This document shows, piece after piece, positions 1 to 11,300 of a stretch of DNA of 64,000 nucleotides. The notes beneath the pieces were generated by a model, which made no database searches, was not told the origin of the DNA, and saw only the letters and a list, made by a program, of their open reading frames with translations. The DNA is from Trichodelitschia bisporula. Taxonomy: Eukaryota. A program made the translations under genes and the position numbers. The stretch covers positions 316,174 through 380,173 of the forward strand of contig ML996691.1 in the NCBI GenBank assembly GCA_010356995.1, read 5' to 3'. Position 1 is the stretch's first letter. Each line of letters begins with the position of its first letter.

Positions 1-1551
1 CACAGTCTCCAGCCTAAGCCGGCGCAGCTCCTCCTCCCGCCTCTCCGACAGCGCCTCCTCCACCCACCCCATCGCCACAAAACGGCGCGGGTACATGCGT
101 CCCCAAGCAACCAGCTTCGCCGAGAGCGCGAAAGCGCGCGAAAGCGTCATGAGTCTAGGCTCCATTGCGCATTTGCAGTATTACTTCGCGAGAACCGGGT
201 TGTTGGATGGGAAAGGGGCGCAGTTGGCGCAGGAGAGTGAGAAGAGTTTGAAGAGGAAGAAGAGTGGGGTGTTTGGGGAGGCGGATGGGCAGGAGCCGGC
301 GGCAACGGGGTTGCGGACGCCGAGGATGAATGTGAGGGCGGCGAGCATGCCGCTCCCGAGCCAGTCGCCCAGTTTCCTGTCTGCGGATGGGGCGGAGTCA
401 TGTGCGCTGTCCGACGGCGGGCTTGCGGATAGTCCCGTCGATGGCGAGGACGCGGACTGGGACGAGATGATGCTCCCGCCGACGGTGAGCACGTACAACC
501 AGCGGCCGGCGTACGTGGCCCCGCCGCCGGATCTGACGATGCTGCGGAGGGAACTGACGGAGGGGTTGGAGGATGCGCTTAAGGTGCTTAAGGAGACGGA
601 TAAGAGCCCGGATGGTGAGGGAATATCTTTTCGGGTGGTTGGAGCTAAGCTAATGGTGGAGCAGACGGCCAGGGCTGGTATGAAATTCAGGGCTTGCATC
701 TGCTTGATATTACGACGCTGGCGATCCGCGCGGCTAAGAATTACTACACCGCGCACACGCAGCCTGCGCGTCTCTACGCCATCAAGCCCGAGCGCCAGAT
801 TCGCGGTGACCTGTACCAGGTACTCGAGATACTCAAGAGAATGGCGGCGCGCAATTTCGCCGGCGGGATAAGGCAACAGGAGAAAGTGGGGATACTGACG
901 TGGATCGTCGGCATTAGCGAGCTTATCCAAGCGGAGATTGATGGGGAGAAGAGGGAGGTTGAGGAGAGGGGGCGGTGGGTGTGGCGGACGGGGGATTGGA
1001 CGGGCAGGGAGAGGGAGAGGGAACGGGCGTTTGTGAAGAGTTTCCTCCCGCCGCTGAGCGAGGCGGTGATCCAGGCGGCGCGCACGCCGACGGGGAAGAC
1101 GCCGGTTGTGCTGGAGGGGAATGTCCCGACTGAGGAACTGCCGACGGACGAGGTGCCGGAGTGGATCGACCCGTCTACGCTGCCCGACGAAGACCTGCCG
1201 ACGGACTGGATGCGCTATTTCGCGTCCGGCCTGCGGCTGATTCAACTACATAACGCGCTTGTCCGCGCCAGTCGGCGTTCCTTCGAAGAGATAGGCAAGT
1301 TCCACATCGACACCGCGAAGCCATATCGCCGGGCTGAGAATCTGCGTTTCTGGCTCAAGGCCGCGGAGCTCAGATGGGAGGTTGGGCTTAGGGTGGATGT
1401 AGGCGGGGTGGTTGCCGGGGACAAGGGCGCGTTGAGGGGGTTTGATGAGGCCGTGCTGAAGTGGTGTCGGGCGGTGAGGGAGGAGATGGAGGGGGAGTGG
1501 GGGGAACGGGTGGGGAGGAGGGCACCGATGGTGAGGGTGCAGACGGAGTGA
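1..1551 (+). CDS. Conserved fungal hypothetical protein (5' end probably outside the window), 2 visible exons
   Basis: ORF 95-871 joins ORF 694-1551 through intron 615-664 (GTGAGG...GCTAAT...GCAG), giving ...KSPD-DGQGWYEIQGLHLLDITTLAIRAAKNYY...; the frame is open to the window edge. Confidence 0.75.
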
Positions 1552-1755
1552 TTGCGGGGGTTCTGAGAGGGTTCTGAGAGGGTTGTACATATCGTGGGGG
1601 GATTCGGAGCGGGCGTTGGGTTTTTACATATTACGGAGGGTAGGCCATTTGTACAGGCCCGGCATTTTTGCGGTTACAGAGGCGATCAACAGAGGCGATC
1701 CACAGCGAGCAGTTATGGATTGAGGCATTGGAGGTACGGGTACATATCATGCTGT

Positions 1756-1842
1756 CTGTATGTCCGTAGACGTATGGGCTCTTTGTTAATGGTGATGGCC
1801 TGTATGTCCGTAGACGTATGGGCTCTTTGTTAATGGTGATGG
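1756..1842. repeat. Tandem duplication, 44-bp period, 2 copies
   Basis: CTGTATGTCCGTAGACGTATGGGCTCTTTGTTAATGGTGATGG at 1756-1798 and 1800-1842. Confidence 0.9.
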
Positions 1843-1994
1843 GTGTGCTGTGGTGATTGCATTTTGAAAGTGGTATCTGATGTGACGCTGTGGCTTGTGG
1901 TACGGGATGGTACAGCGCACAAGGGATGAGGTGCATATGCGCGTCGCCGCGGATGGCAGGATGGCAGCCTGGGGCGCACCGAGATATGTGGGGT

Positions 1995-2073
<79 letters not shown>
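1995..2073. repeat. Poly-G homopolymer (~79 nt)
   Basis: Uninterrupted G run, read directly. Confidence 0.95.
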
Positions 2074-2074
<1 letters not shown>

Positions 2075-2973
2075 ACACGCGAATATCTTCGCCTCTGGCA
2101 GCGGAGCGAGAACTGAACGCACGATCGAAACCCCACGAACACGATATCCGGAAGGAACTCAGTAGCATCACCCATGCCACAGCGCATCAAACATCGCGAC
2201 TGTAGTTAAGCAGGCATCTCTGCAACTGGCTCTCGCGACTGGTCGGTGAGTGCGAAACGAAGCCACGCGAATAAGCTGATCGATCCAGGCTCCGCGATTC
2301 GGGTGCTTGCAATTGGTTCTGCGCATCCGCATCCACCCGTCCGCGAGTGACGCGTTAATATGGGCAGAGCGATTGAGGGCTTGCGTTGGTTGTAAGCATG
2401 GGTGCCTACGTCTTTCGCCCACAATGTCTGCTCTTTTGTTCGGTGAAAAAGAAATTCGCTACGGGGAGGGAAAAAGGGACTAGTCACAAAGGTTGATATG
2501 GGTTGAAGTGATGATAGGACCGGGTTGAAGACTGTGGGCGATACAGACGCAAGGAGGCAGGTAGAGGATGCAAGTATCTGCTCTGTTGATGTTGTGATCT
2601 GCCCTACCACCGTAAATGCACGCGATCAGTCGCGTCCCCGTCCCTAGCAACGACGCGCATCGGCAACCCCGCTTTGGCAGCTACAGATGGGATGCGAAAA
2701 ACGTGGGAGCAGGAAGGGTGCGGGAAGGGAAAATGCAAAACAACACAGGTCCCTTCACTACGAAAGAAAAAGAGTTCACACGCCCCTCCCTTTTACCACA
2801 CATGCTCGGCTTCATTTCTTCGTTTTCTCTGTGCACCACGGATCTGCTCAAAGTGAGAATCCGCACAGCCACTTAAAAGAAAAAGAAGACGCCACAGCCA
2901 AGCCCGCCCCGGCGTTCCGGCACCCAGCACCACCCACCGCAAGTGCAAAGCCGCCTGCCAGCCAGCTGCTGCG

Positions 2974-5900
2974 ATGCCATCCACATCACCACCTCCTCCG
3001 TCGGGCACCACACCATCACCATCACCTCCCTCCTATCCAGCCTACACCTCCAACTGCTCTACAACACCAATCTCCCACCAAAACTACAGCAACCTTCGCA
3101 ATTCCAACGCAGCCGCACCGACACGCTCGTCCCTCTCACCCCCTACAATCCCAACCCCTTCACAAACCCGCACCCACCTCTCCCCCCGCGACCCCAATCT
3201 CCCCGCCACACCCTCCAGCGCCGCCGCGAGCCTCGTGCGCAAATCATCAGGCCTGCTCGCACGCTTCCGTCGCGGGAGCAGCAGTTCAGAGACCAAGCGG
3301 ACCGCAAGCGCGACTGCGAAGAAGTTCCCGAGGAGCGGAGACCAGGAGCAGGTACCCAACGCAGCAGCGTCCACGCCCGATTACCGCGCAGGCCGCACGC
3401 CAGACACGAACGACTCGAGGCTGTCGTCCCACGCTCCCCACTCCCCGCTCGCACATTTCAGCTCGCATTCCGCAACGCACGCCTCGTCCTCGCCCCCGAG
3501 CCGGGGTGGCCCCCCGCCGGCCATGGCCCGCGCCTACAGTTCCGATGCCAGCAGCGTAATAACAGCCAGCGAGCGCCTGGGCCCCTCGGAAGACGAGCAC
3601 GAAGAAAGCCCAGATGCACCCCTCGACCGCGGACAAGGGCACGGCGCCCAGGCCCACCGCGACACGATGATGAAGTTCCGCCTGCCCGAGGTCAAAGCGC
3701 GCGGCGAGGCGAAGAACGGGTTCTTGCACTCGAGGGGCGCGGCGAGTTTGGGAGACTTGAGTGGAGTGAGGCCGCCGACGCCGCCGCCGAAGGATGAGCG
3801 CTATGTCCTACCGGCTAGGAACGGGAATGGGAATGGGAATGGGAATGGGAATGGGAACGGGGATGGGGGGAATAGGGACAGTGGGGAGTTTGATGGGTGG
3901 CAGCCGAGCGGGTTGGGACGCACGAATTCGATTTACACGCTCAGTAGGGCGAGTTTTACGAATCAGCTTGGCCAGCTCACGGCGATTAAGTTGCCGGAGG
4001 CGGCGAGTCTGGCGGCGAGTATCTCCGCCATACCAACCTCAACCGGCGCTGCCCGTGCACTGAATGAGGCTGCGGGCCAGATCCGCGTGTGGATTCATAA
4101 GGCGAGCGAGGTTCTCGCGGGCCTGGATGCGGAAGATGATGTGGAGTGGGCGGCGGCGGGGGGGCGCGATGGACTGGGCGAGGTTGATGGTGCGATCAGC
4201 CGCTTCGAGACGCTGATCACAGTGTACCTCGGCGCGATCGAGGCGATTGAGCTCAGGCGCGATCGGGCCACTTTGCCGCATGAAGAGTTCACGGGCGTGG
4301 TCGAGCGCATGGAGAAGATTTACAGGGATTGGCATGGTGTGCATGCCACCCTGCGGGCGGTTAAAGAGCAGGTTGAGGTTGCGATGGAGTGGGAGGATAT
4401 TTGGAATACGGTGCTGGGGGAGATCGGGCAGGAGGTTGAGGCGCTCAGCCGGTTGATCTTTGAGATGGAGGAGAGGAGGCATAGGAACAGTTTTTTGGAT
4501 GCGATGGCTGAGCCTGGGCAGGGGCTTGATATCAAGGAGTTGGAGACGATTGTCGAGGAGGCGCCGTCCCGGCCTGGCGCTGCGGAGGCGAGGAGCCTGG
4601 GCCTTGTCCCGAGCTTTCCGCTCGATAATACCCCGGTTGCGAAGGCTGAGGCGAGCCAGGACGATTCGAACCTCGTCGGGCTGTTCGCGAGGATGCAGCC
4701 CCTGCGCGCATCACTCGATTTCCTCCCCATGCGCCTGTCCGCCTTCCTCGCGCGCGCGGAGCCCATTTTCCCCACCGCGTGCGACGAACTCGAAAGTCGG
4801 CAGAAATACCTCGAAGACAAATACCACCGCCTGGAATCCGACGCCGAGTCCCTCCGCAAAGAGCTCGGCGAAGACAGATGGGTCCTGATCTTCCGCAAAG
4901 CCTCCCGTCAAGCACTCAAAATGTGCGAATCGGTCGAGCGCTCCATCGCCAAGCTGCGCGACGCCCTCGACGACGGATACCAAGTCACAAACCCCGCCGC
5001 CCTGCTCAAGCGCATGGAGAACTACGACGCGAAGAAGGAGCACTACGGCCCTGCCATCCTACAGGTGCTCGCTATCATCGACAGGGGCGTGAAAACGCGC
5101 CTCACGCTCAACGGCGAGATTCTGCGTCTGCAATCCGATATGGCGCGCCGATGGGCAGATCTGGAGGCCCAGATCCGCGGGCTCGATTTCGCGCTCCAGC
5201 AGCTGCAGCTCCACGGCCCCGGCGCCACGCTGCGCGATAGCGTTAGTTCCATCCTTTCCGACCCCGAGCGCAGCGTTGGGTCGAGTGGACCGGGGACTGC
5301 GCTCGACACACCGACGTCCAGTCCAGCGAGCAGTGTCGTGCTCTTGCGGCACCAGCACGCGCAAGGCGCAGACAGCACGCCCCTCGCCCGCGCCAAGTCC
5401 CGGCAGGGCAGCCTCGCATCCTCCTCTTCGCGGCCCAGCCTCACCAAACGCCTCTCCAGCCTCCCAACCAGCATACCCCGTAAAACACCACTAACCCGGT
5501 CCTCCGCTTCGACGACATCCACCCCTGGCCAGCCCAGCACACCTTCCCGCCTGCACCCGAGCTCAACGCCGCGCTCCCTGTCCCGCACCTCCTCTACGCC
5601 CACCGACGCGAACCGGCCGCGCTGGAACCCAAGCACGAATCTGCGCGACACGGCGATTGGGCATAACTTCAAGCCTCTAACCCTAACCACACCCTCTCCC
5701 TACCGCAAACCTAAAAACGGACTCAGTGCTAGTCTTGGTCGGGCGGCGAGTCCGGGCTCTTCGGTTGGGAGCGCGGTGCCGAGCCCGCTCGGCCGCGCAT
5801 GCACGACGCCTCGCCCTTCCGAGCGCGGGCGCGGTGGAACGGCGTCCCCTGCCCCGCGCGGGATGTCCAGTCCGGCGCAGCGTGGGACGGCGAGTCCTGC

Positions 5901-6501
5901 GCCGCGCGGGGTGTCGAGTCCGCGGCCGCAGCTGACGGCGGCGCAGAGCACGCCCGCGCCTGCGGCGAAGACGAGCCACATCCCGCGCGCGTCGGTGTAT
6001 TTCGCGCCTGGTGCTAGCACGGGGAGCGGTGGGATGGGAATGGGGAGTCTAGCCGCTGCGCTGGAGGGGGTGCGGATGGAAGAAGCAGGGCAGGGGGCGG
6101 GGCGGCGGAGTGTTAGTTATGAGTCTGGGACGCGGGGCACGAATGGAACTGGAAATGGGAATGGAAACGGGGACGCAAAAGAGGGCGCACGCCGCGCCGA
6201 CCGGCGCGCGAGCATGGCGTCTCCGCTGCCTGCGGCGGGGAAGCGCCCGGGCACGGCGACGGGGAATCGGAGGAGTAGTTTACTCCCTCAGCCGAAGAGG
6301 AGTGGGATTACGAGTCCTGAGAGGCCGGGGAGTAGGCTCGGGATGGCGGTTGCGGGGGCTGTGGCTGCTGTTGCCGGGAGTGGGAGGAGTGAGAGTCGCC
6401 CCCCTCCCGCGGGGAGGAGTCGGATGAGTGGGTATTTTGGACGGAGGGAGAGTTCGACTGGGGCGGAGGAAGGGGAGAGGGCGAAGTGGAAGGGGAGCTA
6501 G
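2974..6501 (+). CDS. KAR9: Karyogamy / cortical microtubule-capture protein, KAR9 family
   Basis: Single 1175-aa ORF with a central helical domain (EQVEVAMEWEDIWNTVLGEIGQE; LFARMQPLRASLDFLPMRL; ELGEDRWVLIFR) and Ser/Pro/Arg-rich tails including RPRWN, typical of filamentous-fungal Kar9. Confidence 0.85.
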   Translation: MPSTSPPPPSGTTPSPSPPSYPAYTSNCSTTPISHQNYSNLRNSNAAAPTRSSLSPPTIPTPSQTRTHLSPRDPNLPATPSSAAASLVRKSSGLLARFRRGSSSSETKRTASATAKKFPRSGDQEQVPNAAASTPDYRAGRTPDTNDSRLSSHAPHSPLAHFSSHSATHASSSPPSRGGPPPAMARAYSSDASSVITASERLGPSEDEHEESPDAPLDRGQGHGAQAHRDTMMKFRLPEVKARGEAKNGFLHSRGAASLGDLSGVRPPTPPPKDERYVLPARNGNGNGNGNGNGNGDGGNRDSGEFDGWQPSGLGRTNSIYTLSRASFTNQLGQLTAIKLPEAASLAASISAIPTSTGAARALNEAAGQIRVWIHKASEVLAGLDAEDDVEWAAAGGRDGLGEVDGAISRFETLITVYLGAIEAIELRRDRATLPHEEFTGVVERMEKIYRDWHGVHATLRAVKEQVEVAMEWEDIWNTVLGEIGQEVEALSRLIFEMEERRHRNSFLDAMAEPGQGLDIKELETIVEEAPSRPGAAEARSLGLVPSFPLDNTPVAKAEASQDDSNLVGLFARMQPLRASLDFLPMRLSAFLARAEPIFPTACDELESRQKYLEDKYHRLESDAESLRKELGEDRWVLIFRKASRQALKMCESVERSIAKLRDALDDGYQVTNPAALLKRMENYDAKKEHYGPAILQVLAIIDRGVKTRLTLNGEILRLQSDMARRWADLEAQIRGLDFALQQLQLHGPGATLRDSVSSILSDPERSVGSSGPGTALDTPTSSPASSVVLLRHQHAQGADSTPLARAKSRQGSLASSSSRPSLTKRLSSLPTSIPRKTPLTRSSASTTSTPGQPSTPSRLHPSSTPRSLSRTSSTPTDANRPRWNPSTNLRDTAIGHNFKPLTLTTPSPYRKPKNGLSASLGRAASPGSSVGSAVPSPLGRACTTPRPSERGRGGTASPAPRGMSSPAQRGTASPAPRGVSSPRPQLTAAQSTPAPAAKTSHIPRASVYFAPGASTGSGGMGMGSLAAALEGVRMEEAGQGAGRRSVSYESGTRGTNGTGNGNGNGDAKEGARRADRRASMASPLPAAGKRPGTATGNRRSSLLPQPKRSGITSPERPGSRLGMAVAGAVAAVAGSGRSESRPPPAGRSRMSGYFGRRESSTGAEEGERAKWKGS

Positions 6502-7218
6502 GGGGAGAAGCTGAGGGGATGTATGTGTTTTTATGGCGTTGTGCGGGGATGGGATGGGTGCATGGTGTTGGTGGCGTTTTTCCCAGGTGGGCGTGCACGG
6601 GGTTTCTTTGCTCTGCTTCTGGGGTGCGTGCTTGCGTACACCGATGCGTTACCCGATCCGGTTCCATGTTCACGCCCTCTCTGTGTACTTTCCTCGACCT
6701 TATCCTCCGCTCTTGTTGTGCCGTTTTTTCCTGAGGTGTTTCGGGGCTGAATACTCCTGTGTGGTGCGTCTGGTGCTGGGGGGTGATAGATGTTGAAAGG
6801 CTGTTATCCTGGGTTTGCGAAGGGCGTGTGGATCTGCGTGGAGTGGGAATTGAATGGGTTGAAAAGTGTTTCTATTGCAAGTGATGGATGAATGAGAATT
6901 CTGACCTCTGTTAGGAGGGATGCTTGATGGCCGACGCATGTACATTTGTTATAATCGTTTTGACGGATCCTAGATGCCCCTGGCAATGTGTGGAGGCATT
7001 TTGCTTCCCAAGGCGGGAATGTTGCTAGGGCCTCATTGGATGAGATTAGACGCGCGGCTGGATATGGGACGACATGCCATCAACGCTTCATGATACATCT
7101 CTCCATCAACAGTCCTCGCTCATGCATTTTTACTCCAATGCTTTGAAAAACATTGGAACATCATGACAGCTTCAAACATCAGTAACTGGAGGATTGGGAG
7201 GACTTTAACAGACTGCAA

Positions 7219-7676
7219 ATGACGGTGTAAGAGTGATGGCCGGTCTAAAGCGGGAGAGTTAAACTATGCGTGGAGAGAAAAGCTTGACCGTAAGTGCTGT
7301 ACATGTAAAGAGAAAATGCTAATGTCCATAGCAAGTCTTGAATGATGCGAAGGTGCGTAGAGGTCCGCGGAGGTCTGCGATGGAACGGGGTGAGAGGGCG
7401 GTTGGGATGGATTGTAGAGCGCGACATCGGCGTCGCCATATCGACTGAACATCGACAAGTGACAGTGTAAGACTGATCATGGCCGGTCTAAGGCGCGAGA
7501 CTTCAACTGTTTGCGGAGAGAAGTTTTCGAACGTAAGTGCTGTAAGCATGAAGACAAAATGCTAATGCTCAAAGCAGTTCTGGGGAATGCGAAGGTGTGA
7601 TGGAACGAGACGAGAGCGCGGTTGGGATGAATTGCAGAGCGCGACATCGGCGTCGCCATATCGACTGAATGTCGAT
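7219..7676 (+). repeat. Diverged tandem duplication (~220-240 bp, 2 copies), each copy containing an intron-like element
   Basis: Shared blocks ATGGCCGGTCTAA, CGTAAGTGCTGTA...AAAATGCTAATG and GAGCGCGACATCGGCGTCGCCATATCGACTGAA in both copies. Confidence 0.8.
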
Positions 7677-7949
7677 GTCTTGGTGCACGCCCCTCTATCA
7701 AGCATGCCTTCCTCGACCTTCAGGCCCGTGCCTGCCCCTTCCATGGCTCGTCGCTTCTACATTGAGGTCTTCTTGGCTCGACGAAGCGTTCTTACGTCCG
7801 TCGTCCGGCGTCGGAGGCGCGCTTCTTCCCTCACTGCCACAACCCTCTTTCCATCTGCGCTATTGCCCCCCACAACAACAGTACGCCCGTGCCTTGGCCC
7901 CAGCTTGCTGGATGCCCGCTACTTAGGCCTTTCCAGCTTCTCATTTTCT

Positions 7950-8210
7950 TTCTCCCTCCAACCTCTCTCCCTCCCACAACCTCCCACTCTCTCCCTCTCT
8001 CCCTCTCTCCCTCTCTCCCTCTCCCACAACCTCCCTCTCTCCCTCTCTCCCTCTCTCCCTCTCTCCCNNNNNNNNNNNNNNNNNNNNNNNNNNNNNNNNN
8101 NNNNNNNNNNNNNNNNNNNNNNNNNNNNNNNNNNNNNNNNNNNNNNNNNNNNNNNNNNNNNNCCCTCTCTCCCTCTCCCCCTCTCTCCCTCTCTCCCTCT
8201 CTCCCTCAAC
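7950..8210. repeat. CT-rich microsatellite (CTCTCTCC)n spanning an assembly gap (N 8068-8162)
   Basis: Read directly. Confidence 0.9.
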
Positions 8211-8338
8211 CTCACTCATTCCTCAGCACGCTCTTTGTGCCTCTATCGTTTCCTCAATTGTTCCTCTCGCTCGTTTTCCCATTGCCCCTCTGTGCATGAA
8301 GTGGACCTTACTTGATTGTCACCATTCCTTCTTGCACG

Positions 8339-11300
8339 ATGCTGCATTTCAAGCCCGTTCTCTGGCTTCTTGCCACGTTCATTGCGCTTAGCGCTGTCAA
8401 TTCGGCGGCGACCACCCACTCGCATACCAAGCATCATGTCAATTCCACGTCCCTTGATCTGCATTCCCTTGAGTCCGCCAACCGTCCGACTTCCCCTGGT
8501 TTCTGGAGCTTTCTTCGCTGGGGCTCCACCTTCAAGACGGAGGTGCGCCGTGCGACAGCTCAAGCTGCTAACGCGGACGAGACTACCATCTGTCTGAAGT
8601 CCGACGCCAGCACGTCCATCTACACCACCCTGTCTGGTTTCACGGCTACAACCATGCAGACGACCGTGACATACGTTCAATCCTCAGCGACCTGGTACTA
8701 TGTGGTTTCATTTGGTTCCAGCAGCTATTCTGCCTGGGAGCTCGTCACGAATGTTCCCCAGACCATTGTTGCTTCAGCGACTCCAACGATGGCTGTCCTT
8801 TTGATGTCCTCTGACGTTCCTGCGCTGGATTCGCTGAGTTTACCTTCGAAGGGATCAACCGACACGACCGTCATGGTCTTCACCACAAATAGCCTTAGGA
8901 CAGCGTCGACGAGGTTACTGGAACTTAGTGTTGCTTCGGGATCCACGGCCCTTATTTGGGTTGAAACGACCACTACGACTGCCGGACACTCAGTCACTTC
9001 AGCGACTACGACAAACTCGGCTCCTTCGAGTTCCTCGGTTGCCTCGACGAGCCCGTCTACTTCGACGTCCACGACAAAGGTGGCTTCTTCGACGTCTCCG
9101 TCGATGGCGATCGTAGTAGAGGACTCTACAGCTGTCCACATTGAGACTCTGGGTCTGCCTACAACGGGAACTGTGGATACAACCGTACAGGTCCTTACGA
9201 CGAACAGCGCTGGTTCAACGCAAACTCTCCTTCTCGGGATTACCGCTGTTTCGGGTTCTACGTCACTCATGTGGGTTCAGTCATCTTCAGCCACCTCAGT
9301 CGCTTCGAGGACTCCCTCTACTTCGACGCCTACAACAAACTCGGCTCCTTCGAGCTCCTCGGTTGCATCGATGAGCCCGTCTTCTTCGGCGTCCACGACA
9401 AAGGAGGCTCCTTCGACGTCTCTGTCAATATCGATCGTAGTAGGGGACTCTGCAGGTGTCCACATTGAGTCGCTGAGTTTGCTTTCTACGGGAACTGTGG
9501 CTACCACCGTTCGGGTTCTTACCACGAATAGCGCTGGTTCAACGCAAACGGCACTTCTCCAGATCAGCGCTGTTTCCGGTACTACGTCGCTTATATGGGT
9601 TCAACCTTCTTCAACCACATCGGCTACTTCGACGACCTCATCAACTTCGACGCCCCTATCGACTTCGACGCCAACAGCAACCTCTGCCACTTCGGGATTC
9701 TCGTCAATGGCGGTTGTATCGCTAGACTCTTCTGGGTTTCCCGAGCTTAGTTCGCTGAGCCTGCCTGCGACGGGAACCGTAGATACAACCGTTCAGGTCC
9801 TTACGACGGACAGTGCTGGTTCAACACGAACTCGACTTCTTCTAGGGATCAGCGCTTCTTCGGGTTCTACGTCGTTCACGTGGCTTCAATCGTCTTCAGC
9901 CACGTCGGTTACTTCGACGACCCCCTCTACTTCAACGTCCGCGAAAACCTCTGCCACTTCGGGGTCCTCGTCAATGGCAGTTGTATCCGCAGACTCTGAT
10001 GGGGTTGTCGAGATTAGTTCACTGAGCCTCCCTTCAACGGGAATCGTGACTACAGTCATCGTGTGGGTCACCACAAACAGCCTCGGATCGACGATATCGA
10101 CCCCTCTCGAGCTTAGTATTGTCTCGGGGTCTATATCAGCGATGCCCGTTTCAACGCCCCTGTCCTCTGTCTCTCAGTCAGTATCAAGCGCGCCGCAGTC
10201 TACCACACCTCGGCCTGGATCTACGCCAACTCAGACTGTCGCCCAGTCTACTTCGTCACCGATCGTTACTGGCACGAGTTCTACTGCCACACGCTTCACA
10301 CAGACTACGGCAGCTCAGTCCAGTACGACTGCAAGCTCATCTTCATTGAACCTGACGACGTCGTTCTCTGACAATTATCCGGATCAGGCGATTTGGAAGG
10401 CTTCTGCGCCTGTAGCATATTGCAGTCCTCCCTGCTGTGTTAACTTGCCCCCGCTGCCGTTGTCCTCTCCTACGACCATCCAGTGGCCTCTGTGGACGAC
10501 TAGCGTTCTTACCATGTCCGGTGCTACGTCGGATTGGGCATCGGTATCGTCATGGTCAATCAGTGGCACCACCTTCAACTTGTGTAGCAACAAGGGAGCA
10601 TCGATGGGTACCAAGACGACAGTTCTGACTGTTCCTCCCATCACCACGGACGAGATTGAGTTCACCTCATTCTGCATTCCATCTGCTCCTTCTGGGAGTG
10701 TCACTGGAAATGCGGCGGACTTGCAGAGCGTGGCTCCGCCTCCGATCTCGATGGTGCTCTCAGCCGGTGAGATGTGGATTGCTCCCCAGCTCTCTACGGC
10801 GGCTCCTAATCCCACGGTTGCTCTCTGCGGTGCAGCCACATTGCCCATCCAGCCGGAAGCGACACACTCCGTCATCTTACCCCCTTATGTCCCGCCAATC
10901 ACTTGGCAGTCGACGGCCCCTCGTCCAGGTCCTCAACCCACTTGCACTCCGGGCTCTTCGGGCTGTCACAAGGGCAAAGATCACGACAATTTCGGTGGAT
11001 GCAGCTTCTTTGCGAAGCTGCTCGGAACCGGTGGTTGCGGTTGCGGTATCTTGGGATGCAATGGTGGCTGTGGTATTCACGGCTGTGGTGTTGGCTGTGG
11101 ACTACCCATTGGTGGCGCTGCAGGAATGCTGATACGCTGTGCTGGGCTCTGTCCCTTCGGTTGTTCTCCCGGCGGCTCTTTCATCTATCCCGATATTAAC
11201 CTGCGCCCGCCTCCGCCTCCGCCTGGAATTGAGCCCCCGACTGGACCTCCGCCTCCGGGCTCAGAAGGGTCGAATCCCCCGTCTTCATCTCCGACGTCGT

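Noticed and set aside
1631..2205. Poly-Pro and poly-Gly ORFs
   Set aside because: Artefacts of translating the poly-G tract.
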